Positions 26,051 to 36,170 of a stretch of DNA of 64,000 nucleotides are shown piece by piece. How positions within the stretch are numbered: position 1 is the stretch's first letter; every line of letters starts with the position of its first letter. Under the pieces are notes generated by a model, which was given only the letters and a program-made list of their open reading frames with translations, did not search any database and was not told the origin of the DNA. The position numbers were made by a program, and so were the translations under genes. The DNA comes from Candidatus Omnitrophota bacterium. Lineage in GTDB: Bacteria; Omnitrophota; Gorgyraeia; JABMRG01; JAFGKX01. Location: contig JAZDPX010000013.1 in assembly GCA_043797125.1 (NCBI GenBank), forward strand, positions 9,180-73,179. The letters run 5' to 3'.

Positions 26051-28134
26051 ATTCCTTCAATCATCTCCGCTATTCTTTCCCTCTCCTTCAGCAACAACTC
26101 CCCGTCCTTCGTATAATCATACACCGTCTTCACTATACTTTCATCCACAGCCAGCAGGCGCTCTGCCTCTTTAATCAGCGCATTATCAGGATCCTGCGCC
26201 TTAAGCTGTTGTGTTAAATCATTCAATATATACATATATTCATAATCTTCTATGCCGTCTCTGATTGCTTCTATCCTTATTGTATCAACAGGGCCTCTAT
26301 CCCCGGGGTAAAGCAAACAGCCGTTTCCGTTTTGATTCGGCCAGGTTTGCGCTGTTTCCCATGGGTTTTTCTGCCAGTAATTTATGCACCAGTAAAGAAC
26401 GCCTGTTACTTTATACTTCCAGTTCATCCAGAATAAAATCCTGTGATCAATAGCCGGCTGGTCTATATTAAAAGCTGGGGTGCCTGTACGCAAGCCTGAA
26501 ACATACCACCAAACATCTTTTCCTTTTAATCTTTCCTTTTCAGCGACGTCTTCTCTAAAATTTATCAGTTGCGGGCACCAGATGTCTATATCATCGCCCC
26601 ATAGCTCACCGGGGCCGACAGTAACGAGTGTCTTTAAATCCGGGTGCACACTATGTATTAATTTAGTTATATGGCGTATCTTTTCCGCGTTCTCCTGGCC
26701 TGGTTCATCAAACACATAAATATACGCCATATCAAAAAGCTTTCGCATTTTTAAATAGTCAGCGTATGATAATAACACCCCGCGCACTTCTTCATCCTGT
26801 CCCCATTTGTTGTCGTTTTCGCCGCCCCATTCGCGCACTATTGAAAAAGCGCTTAGGCCTTTTTCCAGGCAAAACATCATACTTTCATCGTATTCATCAA
26901 AATTCAAATACAACGACCCCGTATTATCTACCTGTTGAGGTAATTCACCATATATATAAATAGGGCTTATATGATGGCGCAGCATATCGTCGTAATATAC
27001 GCGCTCCATTTGCCTGTTATATTCATTTTTACTGCTGTAAAACTTTTTTATATATATATCATATAAGTCAAAAGCTGTTTTCAGGTGCGGGCGCGTAGGC
27101 AAAGTGAAATTATACACTTTTAGTTTTAGCGCTATTTTGGTCGGCTGGGCGCCTTCGGGCTTTAATTCTATGGAGCCTTCGTAGTCGCCCGGCTGAGTAT
27201 CTTCCGGGATATATAAAGTAAACCATAAAGGCTGAACCTCGCCAACCGCCACGTTCACTGCTTTTGAGTCTAACAAAGGGTCCGGCCACCATCCGACATG
27301 CTCAACAGGATAATCCGCGACGTTTTCTGTTTTTACATATCCTACGGGATTAACATGCAGATTTTCAGCTCCTATTATGCCGTTGCCGTTAATCTGGCGC
27401 AGGGGCAAATTCATCACAGAAACGTTTTTAAGGTCTGCTTTAACAGGCATCAAAACAAGCTGAAAAGATTCATATTCATTTCTCGCGGCTTGAATGCTTA
27501 CCTCGCTTTGCATATCCGATGAAAAATTTGTTATCTCGCGGAATATTTTATTAATTGGCTTCTCAACGCTGACATAATAATCCCTGTCTCCCTGTTTTTG
27601 CATAGCCAGAGCATAGATTTCCTTCATCTTGTCTTCGATTGATACTTTTTTGCCCTTTAAAACTTTTATCGTGCCGACAGAGTGCGCGTTTTTATTTGTA
27701 TAGGGTAAGCGCGCGTATCCTTCGCTACCGTCGGATTTCTTTTTTTCATAGAACAGCCCCATCTCTATTGAATACATTCCCAAGGGAGCGTCTTCATCAA
27801 CAAATATCTGCATCGGCCCTATCTTTGTTATTTCCCCGGGCTTCCATTCGCTTGAAGCCGGTAATGGAAATCTGTCCGCATTTATCCACCCCTTGCCTAT
27901 GCCTGTATACAGGTGCACAAACAGTTTATAATTACGGTCTATCCGGCGCTGCGGCTTAAAATACGCATTCATCAAGAAAAATTCGCCTTGCTTTGCAGTC
28001 TTTGGCGCTTCCAATTTTACAAATTCAATATACGGCTCTTCTTCCAGCACATCGCTGGTTAAGTCCTCATATCTTCCCTTTAACATACTAAACACAATGG
28101 TTTTAACTCTATCAATAAAATCCCGTCCCAGCAT
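26005..28134 (-). CDS. large glycoside-hydrolase-like protein (DUF4091/GH123-like, tentative)
   Basis: 709 aa containing WWYVSG...LYWCINYW...GDRGP. The family call rests on memory only. The C-terminal MDSRLRGNDNK tail is encoded by repeat A. Confidence 0.45.
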   Translation of the reverse strand: MLGRDFIDRVKTIVFSMLKGRYEDLTSDVLEEEPYIEFVKLEAPKTAKQGEFFLMNAYFKPQRRIDRNYKLFVHLYTGIGKGWINADRFPLPASSEWKPGEITKIGPMQIFVDEDAPLGMYSIEMGLFYEKKKSDGSEGYARLPYTNKNAHSVGTIKVLKGKKVSIEDKMKEIYALAMQKQGDRDYYVSVEKPINKIFREITNFSSDMQSEVSIQAARNEYESFQLVLMPVKADLKNVSVMNLPLRQINGNGIIGAENLHVNPVGYVKTENVADYPVEHVGWWPDPLLDSKAVNVAVGEVQPLWFTLYIPEDTQPGDYEGSIELKPEGAQPTKIALKLKVYNFTLPTRPHLKTAFDLYDIYIKKFYSSKNEYNRQMERVYYDDMLRHHISPIYIYGELPQQVDNTGSLYLNFDEYDESMMFCLEKGLSAFSIVREWGGENDNKWGQDEEVRGVLLSYADYLKMRKLFDMAYIYVFDEPGQENAEKIRHITKLIHSVHPDLKTLVTVGPGELWGDDIDIWCPQLINFREDVAEKERLKGKDVWWYVSGLRTGTPAFNIDQPAIDHRILFWMNWKYKVTGVLYWCINYWQKNPWETAQTWPNQNGNGCLLYPGDRGPVDTIRIEAIRDGIEDYEYMYILNDLTQQLKAQDPDNALIKEAERLLAVDESIVKTVYDYTKDGELLLKERERIAEMIEGMDSRLRGNDNKVAEP

Positions 28135-28208
28135 TAATCCGGTGATAAAAATAGCTATTATGACTATTATTATAATAATTTTTTTCTTTTACATATCTTA
28201 GACTCGTC

Positions 28209-28327
28209 TGTCATCCCAGCAAAAACCCGCCTCTCCGTCATTGCAAGTAGCGGAGCCTTAAGGCTCCGCTACTACTACCTGTCATTCCCGCGAAACTTGT
28301 CCCCGTGAAAACGGGGAGCGGGGATCC
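28209..28327. repeat. composite: degenerate repeat A copies, repeat B, repeat A with 20-nt nested hairpin insertion
   Basis: The copy at 28281-28327 is GTCATTCCCGCGAAA[CTTGTCCCCGTGAAAACGGGGAG]CGGGGATCC. Confidence 0.8.
28247..28272. repeat. repeat B palindrome
   Basis: Exact copy, flanked by repeat-A copies. Confidence 0.9.
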
Positions 28328-31266
28328 AATAACTTTATATACAAATCCTGCGTCTTATTAATCATATTCCCCAATGAAAATATTGTCCTTACGCGCTCAT
28401 AAGCAGAATCTGCCACCACCTGGCACAATTCTGGAGATTTTATAAACTTCTCTATTGCTTTTGCCAGAGATACACTATCAGCGACAGGGACAAATGATTC
28501 TTCGGTGTCAATAAGTTCTCTATTCCCGCCTATATTAGTAACTATCACAGGCCTTTTCCTTGCCATAGCTTCCAAAATAACTATAGGAATACCCTCATAC
28601 AAAGAAGGCACTGCTATTATATTGCTAGCATCCATAATATCCGCAATATCTTTCCTAAATCCAGTAAATATAACTTTATCTTTTAGCTCTAGACCATCGA
28701 CCATTGACCATAGACTTTCTTTTATCGGCCCATCCCCGACTACTAGCAATTTAATATTATAATTTCCGTTTAAATGGCTAATAGCCTCGAACAAATACTT
28801 ATGCCCCTTCTGCTCAACTAATCTGCCTATAATCGCCAACACAATTTCATCATCCTTAATTCCCAACCCTCTTTTTACTGATGACTGATAACTGATGACT
28901 GATAACTTTTTTATTTCTATACCATTATATATAACGTCTATTTTATCTGCAGCAACCTTTGCGTTTTCTATATAGGCATTTTTAACTTCCTCACCTACTG
29001 CTATAATGCGGTTTGGTAATTTGGCTAAGAATTTTTCAAAGAATACTTCTAATTTATTATCCGCGAACTCTGTATTATGTATGGTTGTAATGCATTTTAT
29101 TCCCGCAATCTTAGCAGCTATAGTTCCCCACAAATTCGCTCCCCAAAGATGGGTATGCACAATATCAATATCGTAACTTTTCATAACCCTTACAAGCTTC
29201 CTGATTATAAATAAGTCGATCTTGCCCTTTTTGTGAAGTTCTAAAACCGGTATGCCTTCTTTTTCTAAGTTTTCCGCAAACACGCCTTTTTGATTAAGGC
29301 AGCATACAGCGACATTGAATCTGCTCTTATCCAGCCCTTTTGCCAGGTTGATTACAACTTGCTCCGCTCCTCCAAGCCCTAGGGACCAAATTACATACAT
29401 AACGTTTAATTTGCTGTGGGCTATGGGCTGTGAGCTGTGGGCTTTTTGTACCCAGCGATGCAATAAGTCGTACGAGCCAGCGAGCTTCTTCCTAAAATCA
29501 AACATACTATCAAACCCGCTGACTTCAGTCCTTTTCAGCTCGAACTGATCCTGCCCGGGTAAATTTGCTCCGGGCTTAATCGAACACGCTACTTTAAAAC
29601 CTGCTTTAGCTGTCAGGAATTTTACTTCCGCGTTAAAATCGCCTTTTGGATAACAGAAGAAGTCGCACTTTAATCCGTAGGACTCTATTATTTTTTTAGA
29701 ACCCTCAATTTCTAATTTAGCTTCTTCTATTGCCGCACCGGCTAACTTAACATGATTTAAAGTGTGCGCTCCAAACTCTATGGCATTTCGCGACATCTGT
29801 TGTATCTGGTCCCAGCTTAGAAATCCCTCTTTGCCCACTGATTCAGTAGCAACAAACACTGTTGCCGGCAAATTATATTCCTTTAATATCGGAAACGCAT
29901 TCGTATAATTATCTTCATACCCGTCATCAAACGTTATTACCACCTTCTTGGCCCACGAACTTACTTCTTTCAATCCTACAACCTCAAAATGCTCCTTTAA
30001 CCACTCCATCTGCTTCCTAAACTCACCCACCTTAACGCACAACCTGTCGTACGGACGATTATCGCTAACTCGATGATACATCAAAATTCTTACGCCGTCT
30101 TTCTGTCTAGACAAAACATAGGATAAATTGCTTGATATAGCTCTTATCTGTTTTTTCGGAGCTACAGCATTAGTTTCTTTAACAAAATATTGCATAATAT
30201 GCTCATTAGCATTAATCCAATATTTTTCATCAAATAAACTCTCTGCTCGCTTCCTTCCTGCTTCAGCCATAGAGTGCATCTTGGCCTTATCCTTTAGCAA
30301 CCCAATTATTGCTGATGTCAAAGCACCTGCATTGCCGGGCTTAATTAAAATACCGGTTACGCCATCTCTGACAACTTCCGGGCAACCTCCTATATTCGTA
30401 GCTATAACAGGCTTTCCCATTGCCATCGCTTCTCTTGCTGATTGAGGAAAAGACTCCCTTGTTGAGGACAATACAAATAAATCCATAATAGATAAAAATC
30501 TTGGAATGTCTTTTTGCAATCCAACAAATACAACCTTATCTTTTAATCCCAGACCATCGACCATAGACCATAGACTATCTTTCAATGGCCCATCGCCAAC
30601 AAAAATAAATCTTGCCCGTGGGAATTCCCTTAATACAACAGGCATTGCTTCTATAATATATTCCTGGCCCTTTTCCGGTGAAAGCCTTGCGACTGTTCCA
30701 ATTATAATATCATCTGGGGAAAACCCGAGTTCCCGCAAAAGCTCTTTATCTTTTTCTCGTGGAGAGAATCTATTCAAATCAATTCCGCTATGCACAACTA
30801 TTGTCTTATTTTGACTTAATCCCCACCTAATTAATCTGTTTCTTTCATATTCAGATTCGAATATCACCAATCTGCTGGCTAAATTTAAAATTATTCCGGA
30901 TATAAATAAGCTAAATTTTGAATGTATATTATGTATGGTGGTAATTACCGGCTTTTTTGCGCTATTAGCAAACAAAACCGCCAAAGTTGTGCGTATAGAT
31001 TGGGGCGCGATAATATCTATTTTTTCTTTTTCTATTATATTCTTAAGGGAGTTTGCTGATTCACGCAATTTTTTAAGCGAATTAAAATGAAAGTCTACGC
31101 TATAGTATTTCCCTCCTAAAGAAGTTATGTTTTGCGCAAATTTTCTATCCCTGCATGTCACAACAACATTGTGTCCGCGCTTTACAAGCTCCTTGGTAAA
31201 GGCAAAAATATCCTTCTGCGCCCCGCCAACTTCTAAGGAATGCGTTAAAAGATATAAGATATTCAT
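28282..31266 (-). CDS. tri-domain GT4 glycosyltransferase / NodB-type polysaccharide deacetylase / GT4 glycosyltransferase
   Basis: GT4 N-terminal domain, NodB motifs (ITFDDGYEDNYTNAFPILKEYNLPATVF; AHTLNH), then a second GT4 domain (EGIPIVILEAMA). Heptamer repeats are embedded at 28691, 28871, 29413 and 30551. The stop codon lies inside repeat A. Confidence 0.8.
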   Translation of the reverse strand: MNILYLLTHSLEVGGAQKDIFAFTKELVKRGHNVVVTCRDRKFAQNITSLGGKYYSVDFHFNSLKKLRESANSLKNIIEKEKIDIIAPQSIRTTLAVLFANSAKKPVITTIHNIHSKFSLFISGIILNLASRLVIFESEYERNRLIRWGLSQNKTIVVHSGIDLNRFSPREKDKELLRELGFSPDDIIIGTVARLSPEKGQEYIIEAMPVVLREFPRARFIFVGDGPLKDSLWSMVDGLGLKDKVVFVGLQKDIPRFLSIMDLFVLSSTRESFPQSAREAMAMGKPVIATNIGGCPEVVRDGVTGILIKPGNAGALTSAIIGLLKDKAKMHSMAEAGRKRAESLFDEKYWINANEHIMQYFVKETNAVAPKKQIRAISSNLSYVLSRQKDGVRILMYHRVSDNRPYDRLCVKVGEFRKQMEWLKEHFEVVGLKEVSSWAKKVVITFDDGYEDNYTNAFPILKEYNLPATVFVATESVGKEGFLSWDQIQQMSRNAIEFGAHTLNHVKLAGAAIEEAKLEIEGSKKIIESYGLKCDFFCYPKGDFNAEVKFLTAKAGFKVACSIKPGANLPGQDQFELKRTEVSGFDSMFDFRKKLAGSYDLLHRWVQKAHSSQPIAHSKLNVMYVIWSLGLGGAEQVVINLAKGLDKSRFNVAVCCLNQKGVFAENLEKEGIPVLELHKKGKIDLFIIRKLVRVMKSYDIDIVHTHLWGANLWGTIAAKIAGIKCITTIHNTEFADNKLEVFFEKFLAKLPNRIIAVGEEVKNAYIENAKVAADKIDVIYNGIEIKKLSVISYQSSVKRGLGIKDDEIVLAIIGRLVEQKGHKYLFEAISHLNGNYNIKLLVVGDGPIKESLWSMVDGLELKDKVIFTGFRKDIADIMDASNIIAVPSLYEGIPIVILEAMARKRPVIVTNIGGNRELIDTEESFVPVADSVSLAKAIEKFIKSPELCQVVADSAYERVRTIFSLGNMINKTQDLYIKLLDPRSPFSRGQVSRE

Positions 31267-31267
31267 A

Positions 31268-32428
31268 TTAGTTTATGGTTGGTAAATATGACCAGAACTT
31301 GTTGTTCAGCTTGCAGCATTTGGCGCAAGCCGGCAACAGTTTATGTTTTCTCAAGGTATTTCTAAAATTCCTGTATTTCTTGCTATTCCAGATTGTTTTT
31401 AGGGATTCGTTACGTATATTACCCATTGCTACATCAATTGAGCAGGGATAGATGTTCCCATAAGGATCCAGCCTTGTCTCAAACCAGGGGTAAAAACACT
31501 TATCGCAATATGACATATTCGGGTTAATAAACCTATCCTGCATCTCTTCTTCTTTTAGCGGCGGCCTAAAATTCAAGACAACGTTCTTCTTCTTAGCCTT
31601 TTCTTTGGCCCTTCTCACAGAATCTCTAAAAGCTTGAGGGTCAATATCCTTTACTTCATCGGATATATTCTGATTTTCTGGCTTTAATCGGTTCATATCA
31701 AGCATATTTGAAGTTTTATCCATGGCTTCATCAGATGTATAAAATAAATAAAGCATATTCACCAGGTTTACTTTTAATTCGGAAGCAATATCAACCACAT
31801 CATCAATATTGTGCTGGTTTAAGGCCGACATGGTAAAATTAAGGTTAATTTTAGGGTTTTCGTTTCCATTCTTTGCTTTTTGTATTGTTTGGATGGTTGA
31901 GTAAATCTTGGAAAATGAATCTCCGCAACCTCTTATATTGTTGTGTATATCCTTAGGCCCGTCTAAAGAAAAGCTAATAACCTCATTGCCTATATTAGCT
32001 AACTCTTTAGCCATTGATTCATTAATCAAAGTGCCGTTTGTGATAACAGAACAGTAGATGCCTGTCTCTTTTACATATCTTAGTATATCGAGCATATCTT
32101 TTCTCAAAAATGGCTCGCCGCCTGTTATCATAAGAGCTTTTGTTTTAAATGATTTCAGCTCATCAACAAAACTTTTTATTGTATTTGTATCCAGTTCCTT
32201 TGCGGTAAGCTGCTGGATTTCCTTTTTGCCCTCATCGCCTTTGAAATTCGCCAAAGGGCACATTCTACAAAGCAAGTTACATCTGAAAGTAATCTCAAAA
32301 ACCACCCTTAGCGGATTTAAGGCATTGCCGCCAAAAAAATTATATGGGATAAGGTAATATGGCGTAAGAGCCGCATCAGCGCTAATGCCTAATTTTTTCA
32401 TTATTTTTTTAATTGCAGTAATATCCAT
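31268..32428 (-). CDS. radical SAM protein with C-terminal SPASM-like Cys-rich domain
   Basis: CNLLCRMCPL (Cx3Cx2C) and C-terminal cysteines CDKCFYPW...PCS...CAKCCKL. Confidence 0.75.
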   Translation of the reverse strand: MDITAIKKIMKKLGISADAALTPYYLIPYNFFGGNALNPLRVVFEITFRCNLLCRMCPLANFKGDEGKKEIQQLTAKELDTNTIKSFVDELKSFKTKALMITGGEPFLRKDMLDILRYVKETGIYCSVITNGTLINESMAKELANIGNEVISFSLDGPKDIHNNIRGCGDSFSKIYSTIQTIQKAKNGNENPKINLNFTMSALNQHNIDDVVDIASELKVNLVNMLYLFYTSDEAMDKTSNMLDMNRLKPENQNISDEVKDIDPQAFRDSVRRAKEKAKKKNVVLNFRPPLKEEEMQDRFINPNMSYCDKCFYPWFETRLDPYGNIYPCSIDVAMGNIRNESLKTIWNSKKYRNFRNTLRKHKLLPACAKCCKLNNKFWSYLPTIN

Positions 32429-33557
32429 AACTTTTCTCAGACAATAAACCTGTATAAGCGTTTTCTAAGCCGCTAATCATAGCATTTAAACTAAAATTTT
32501 GTTCTACGATTTTTTTTGCGTTTTCTGCTATCTGCTGAGCAGCGCTCCTATTTTTTAGTAAATAAACTATTTTGTCTTTCATAACCAATGCATCCCCAAC
32601 GCCAACCAAAAACCCGGTTTCGCTATCTTTTATTAACTCTTTATTGCCACCTACGCTTGTCGCAACCACAGGTGTGCCAAGCGCCATCGATTCCAAAATT
32701 GCATTAGACATTCCCTCTGAAAAAGAAGCATTCACTGAAACATCCATCAAGCCATATAAATCTTTTACATCTGTACGTATGCCTAAAAAAATAATTTTAT
32801 CTTTTATACACAAAGAATCTGCTTGCTGCATTAATTGATCTTTTAGGGGACCATTTCCTACAATCAAAAATTTTACATTGGGCATTTCTTCTAAAACTAA
32901 TCTCGCTGCTTCTATAAACAGCTTGTGGCCTTTTACCCAGGTTAAACTAGCCACAATCCCAACCACAAAAGCTTCTTCTATTCCTAGTTTTTTTCTTAAT
33001 TGCACCTTATCCATTATGCCTTTTAAATTCTTTATATCTATACCATTACAAATAGTTAAAATCTTCTTATATTCAACGCCTTCGTATTTATGCACTATCT
33101 CTTGTACATCATCGCTTACTGCAAAAACCATATCTGCTAATTTATGAGCGAACCTATAAGCTATGCGATGTTGCCATCTACCTTCACGATGAATACCTAC
33201 GTCCCTGCGACCGGATATAATAAGTGGCGCTTTCGCCAGCTTAGCAGCAATATTACCAGCAATATTTGCACTAAAAAGAAGCGTATGTACAATATCAAAT
33301 TGATTTTCTTTTATATATGAAATTAATTTAACAATACCCTTAATGCCGCTTATTCCGTATATTCTTTTTATATTAAACGCTTTATAACTAATTTTCAGCT
33401 TTTTTAATTCGGGCTCCAATGCACCTATACGCACAAGGCAGCATAAAGAAACTTCAAATGTGTCTCTATTTATATTTTGCAATATTTCTAAAAGATGGCG
33501 CTGCGTGCCTCCTATATCCATCTTATCTATTACGTATAGTATTTTTATTTTTTTCAT
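32409..33557 (-). CDS. GT4 glycosyltransferase
   Basis: MKKIKILYVIDKMDIGGTQRH N-terminus and a GT4 C-terminal domain (EGMSNAILESMALGTPVVAT). Confidence 0.8.
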   Translation of the reverse strand: MKKIKILYVIDKMDIGGTQRHLLEILQNINRDTFEVSLCCLVRIGALEPELKKLKISYKAFNIKRIYGISGIKGIVKLISYIKENQFDIVHTLLFSANIAGNIAAKLAKAPLIISGRRDVGIHREGRWQHRIAYRFAHKLADMVFAVSDDVQEIVHKYEGVEYKKILTICNGIDIKNLKGIMDKVQLRKKLGIEEAFVVGIVASLTWVKGHKLFIEAARLVLEEMPNVKFLIVGNGPLKDQLMQQADSLCIKDKIIFLGIRTDVKDLYGLMDVSVNASFSEGMSNAILESMALGTPVVATSVGGNKELIKDSETGFLVGVGDALVMKDKIVYLLKNRSAAQQIAENAKKIVEQNFSLNAMISGLENAYTGLLSEKSYGYYCN

Positions 33558-35004
33558 TTTTCTTACTTTTTTGCTCTTCTATAATTATCTGTTTTGACTT
33601 AAAAATACATGCAGTCAATATCCAGAAAAGACCGGTTACTTCCTGACTATCTAAGCGCGTACCAAACATATTACACACTAATAATCCTACGGTACCGGCT
33701 AAAAAACCCAAAGCAAATGACTTTATAAACGTATCTTTAGTTCTGCGGTAAACAAACCATGCATTTTTTAGTATAAGCAGCATAATCCACAAGAAAACCA
33801 TTAACCCCACTAAACCCAATTCAGCCGCCAGGGTAATATAGGTATTGTGAGAATCTACCTTATGTATAGACGCATAACTGGATATAGTTGATGGAAAAAG
33901 ACCGTAACCTATACCAAAGAGAGGGTGCTCTTCAATCATCAAGATTGCACCCTCCCATATCGTTATTCTTCTCTGCGCGCTCGGCTCAAGGCTATCTTTA
34001 ACATCACCTTGCGCTGCTTGACCTTCTTCTAAAAAGGTGGAAGAAAACCTCTCGTAAAGAGCAGAGGGCATCAGTTTAGGGTTTAATACAACAAAAACAA
34101 GAGAGAAAATAAGTAAAATAAAAATTATTTTATTCCTGATAAACGTCATAAATAAAATCGCAAATAAGAAAGCTGCAATTGCTCCTCGGGAAAATGTATA
34201 CATCAATGCGCGCGCCTGAACTAAAATAGGAAATATTAAGAACCAATGTTTAAATGAACGCAGATTATTTAAGAAAATAGCGAATAGAATGAGTCCATAA
34301 TAGACAAAAAAAGCGCCGGCACGGTTTGGTTGGCCAAAGATTCCGGAGACGCGCATTTTATCAAAGTCTTCCGCTCCCCTCACTCTCAAATATTCAAAAA
34401 CCAAGAGAAAAGAAATACAAACCGTAATCAATACTACTAAGCTTACGATACGCCTGATCTCATCCTTATCTTTTACAGATATTAAAAATACATAAAACAA
34501 TAGCATCGGGCTAAGCCATTGTTTTAAAGAGGTAAAGAATTCCTCAAGATATACGTAACCTATGTTTTGGTAGGATACAAAGAATGAAATAATATTGATA
34601 ACGCAGAAAATTGCAATTGGAATACTAAGTGAGGATTTGGGGATTATGTTGATATTTGCCTTCATCTTTTCCATCAGAATAGCAATAATCATTAGTACAA
34701 AAAAGATATTCGTTAAATTCAAAGCCCATGTACCTGTGCCAAAATCCCCAGGTAAAAGCCTGCTGAAAGGCAAATATATTACGAATAATAAACTAAGTTT
34801 CCCAATATCTACTAAAGCCAGTAAAAATACAGCTGCTATGGTAATTATACCCAAACCCACAATTACCGGCTTGCTAAGGACAATGGTATTTAGAGAAACA
34901 AGCCCTAAGAAAATTAACCCTACAACAAACACAAAATATAAGAAATAATCATTAGAGCTATTTGCCCTGGCGATGCTTTTCTCTTTCATAGTTAATGTTT
35001 TCAT
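33523..35004 (-). CDS. O-antigen ligase/Wzy-like polymerase (exosortase-system-associated O-glycosylation ligase type)
   Basis: At least ten TM helices and a Wzy_C-like loop (FSRGAIAAF). Confidence 0.6.
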   Translation of the reverse strand: MKTLTMKEKSIARANSSNDYFLYFVFVVGLIFLGLVSLNTIVLSKPVIVGLGIITIAAVFLLALVDIGKLSLLFVIYLPFSRLLPGDFGTGTWALNLTNIFFVLMIIAILMEKMKANINIIPKSSLSIPIAIFCVINIISFFVSYQNIGYVYLEEFFTSLKQWLSPMLLFYVFLISVKDKDEIRRIVSLVVLITVCISFLLVFEYLRVRGAEDFDKMRVSGIFGQPNRAGAFFVYYGLILFAIFLNNLRSFKHWFLIFPILVQARALMYTFSRGAIAAFLFAILFMTFIRNKIIFILLIFSLVFVVLNPKLMPSALYERFSSTFLEEGQAAQGDVKDSLEPSAQRRITIWEGAILMIEEHPLFGIGYGLFPSTISSYASIHKVDSHNTYITLAAELGLVGLMVFLWIMLLILKNAWFVYRRTKDTFIKSFALGFLAGTVGLLVCNMFGTRLDSQEVTGLFWILTACIFKSKQIIIEEQKSKKNEKNKNTIRNR

Positions 35005-36170
35005 TGATAGAAAACCTTATTGATGCTTGCCTTAATCTTTGCCGGCAATAATAATTTAGTGAATCGAAAAAGGCAAATCTTTAATCGTAAACATTCAATC
35101 AATATGATTCCCTTGATATTTGTTGAAGCAACTATATTCTGCTTTATTCTTACATCATTAGACCAGCGCATTTTATGCAATTCCTCACCCCTTAGCATAT
35201 CACATACTTTAATTCCATTATTTATTGCATATTCTAATATATAACCCATAAGCAATTGCCCAACGCCATATTTAACAAATTTCGGGTTAAGCCCTGATTG
35301 ATAGAAATAATAAATATCTTTATAGCTAAAACCGCATTTCGCAGCTACATCATTTCCGTCGAGATTTAAAAAAAATAGGTACATCCATTTCTTCTCACCG
35401 AATAAAGCACGTATCTGTTTATAGAACTCTTTATATTTATTATCGCTGAAGCGGCTGAAAGTATTCTTTTGCACCCTTCTTAGTGAATGTAGCTTTATAA
35501 ATTTCTCAAATTCAGCATCAGAAATAAAAGCATCATTGGATTTACGAATATTTAATTCCTTAAAATGCTTCTCTATCTTTCTCCTCCCTCTTTTTATATT
35601 TATCTGCATATTTTTCGGTAATGACTTTATATACTTATCCCAACTGCTCGGCAGCTGCACAATAGGACAAAATGGCTTTTTCTCTGTAATAAGATATGTG
35701 GTTTTAGTGTTATTAAATATATCAATTAAGCAGGAAATGTTAAGTGATGGCTTCGCCAAATCAAAGATTGCTAGCATATGCCATTTTCTTTCTCTATAAA
35801 CTAAAAAATCCCAAAAAGCCTGCATAACCTGCCTCTCTTCTCCTTTTGCACAAATAAAATCTAAGTATTCAGAAGTGACGCCCCCTCCACAACCTAACAT
35901 TTTTAATTCTGCCATATATATAATACCGAGAATTTTTGTACTCTTTATATACAAAGGTGCTATCCCCTGGAGTAATCCATTTTCATTTCTTAGGGCAAGG
36001 GTATAAAGTTCTTTATTACCGCCATAGACTTGCCACCACGCATAAAGCCATTCCCATGTAAGAAAAACGGTATCGCTATGGCTATTGTCCAATAATGCGC
36101 CCCATCCCCCCCTTAATGCCTGGAACTTTTCTGGTGTATCTATGATTTCTATGTTATAATTCTCATTCAT
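35001..36170 (-). CDS. FemAB-like/GNAT acyltransferase (PEP-CTERM-locus FemAB-related type)
   Basis: Acetyltransf_6/FemAB-like architecture of 389 aa, in the locus position typical of this family. Confidence 0.5.
   Translation of the reverse strand: MNENYNIEIIDTPEKFQALRGGWGALLDNSHSDTVFLTWEWLYAWWQVYGGNKELYTLALRNENGLLQGIAPLYIKSTKILGIIYMAELKMLGCGGGVTSEYLDFICAKGEERQVMQAFWDFLVYRERKWHMLAIFDLAKPSLNISCLIDIFNNTKTTYLITEKKPFCPIVQLPSSWDKYIKSLPKNMQINIKRGRRKIEKHFKELNIRKSNDAFISDAEFEKFIKLHSLRRVQKNTFSRFSDNKYKEFYKQIRALFGEKKWMYLFFLNLDGNDVAAKCGFSYKDIYYFYQSGLNPKFVKYGVGQLLMGYILEYAINNGIKVCDMLRGEELHKMRWSNDVRIKQNIVASTNIKGIILIECLRLKICLFRFTKLLLPAKIKASINKVFYQ

Noticed and set aside
21813-28327. Repeats A and B as a CRISPR array
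   Set aside because: Copies are irregularly spaced, present in both orientations and palindromic. They are separated by genes and not by uniform spacers, and no cas genes are present.
28691-30578. SLWSMVDGL occurring twice in the 994-aa protein, considered as two independent repeat insertions
   Set aside because: The segment replaces the normal GDGP...LGL spacer at native length in both GT4 halves. It is therefore more likely inherited through an internal domain duplication than inserted twice.
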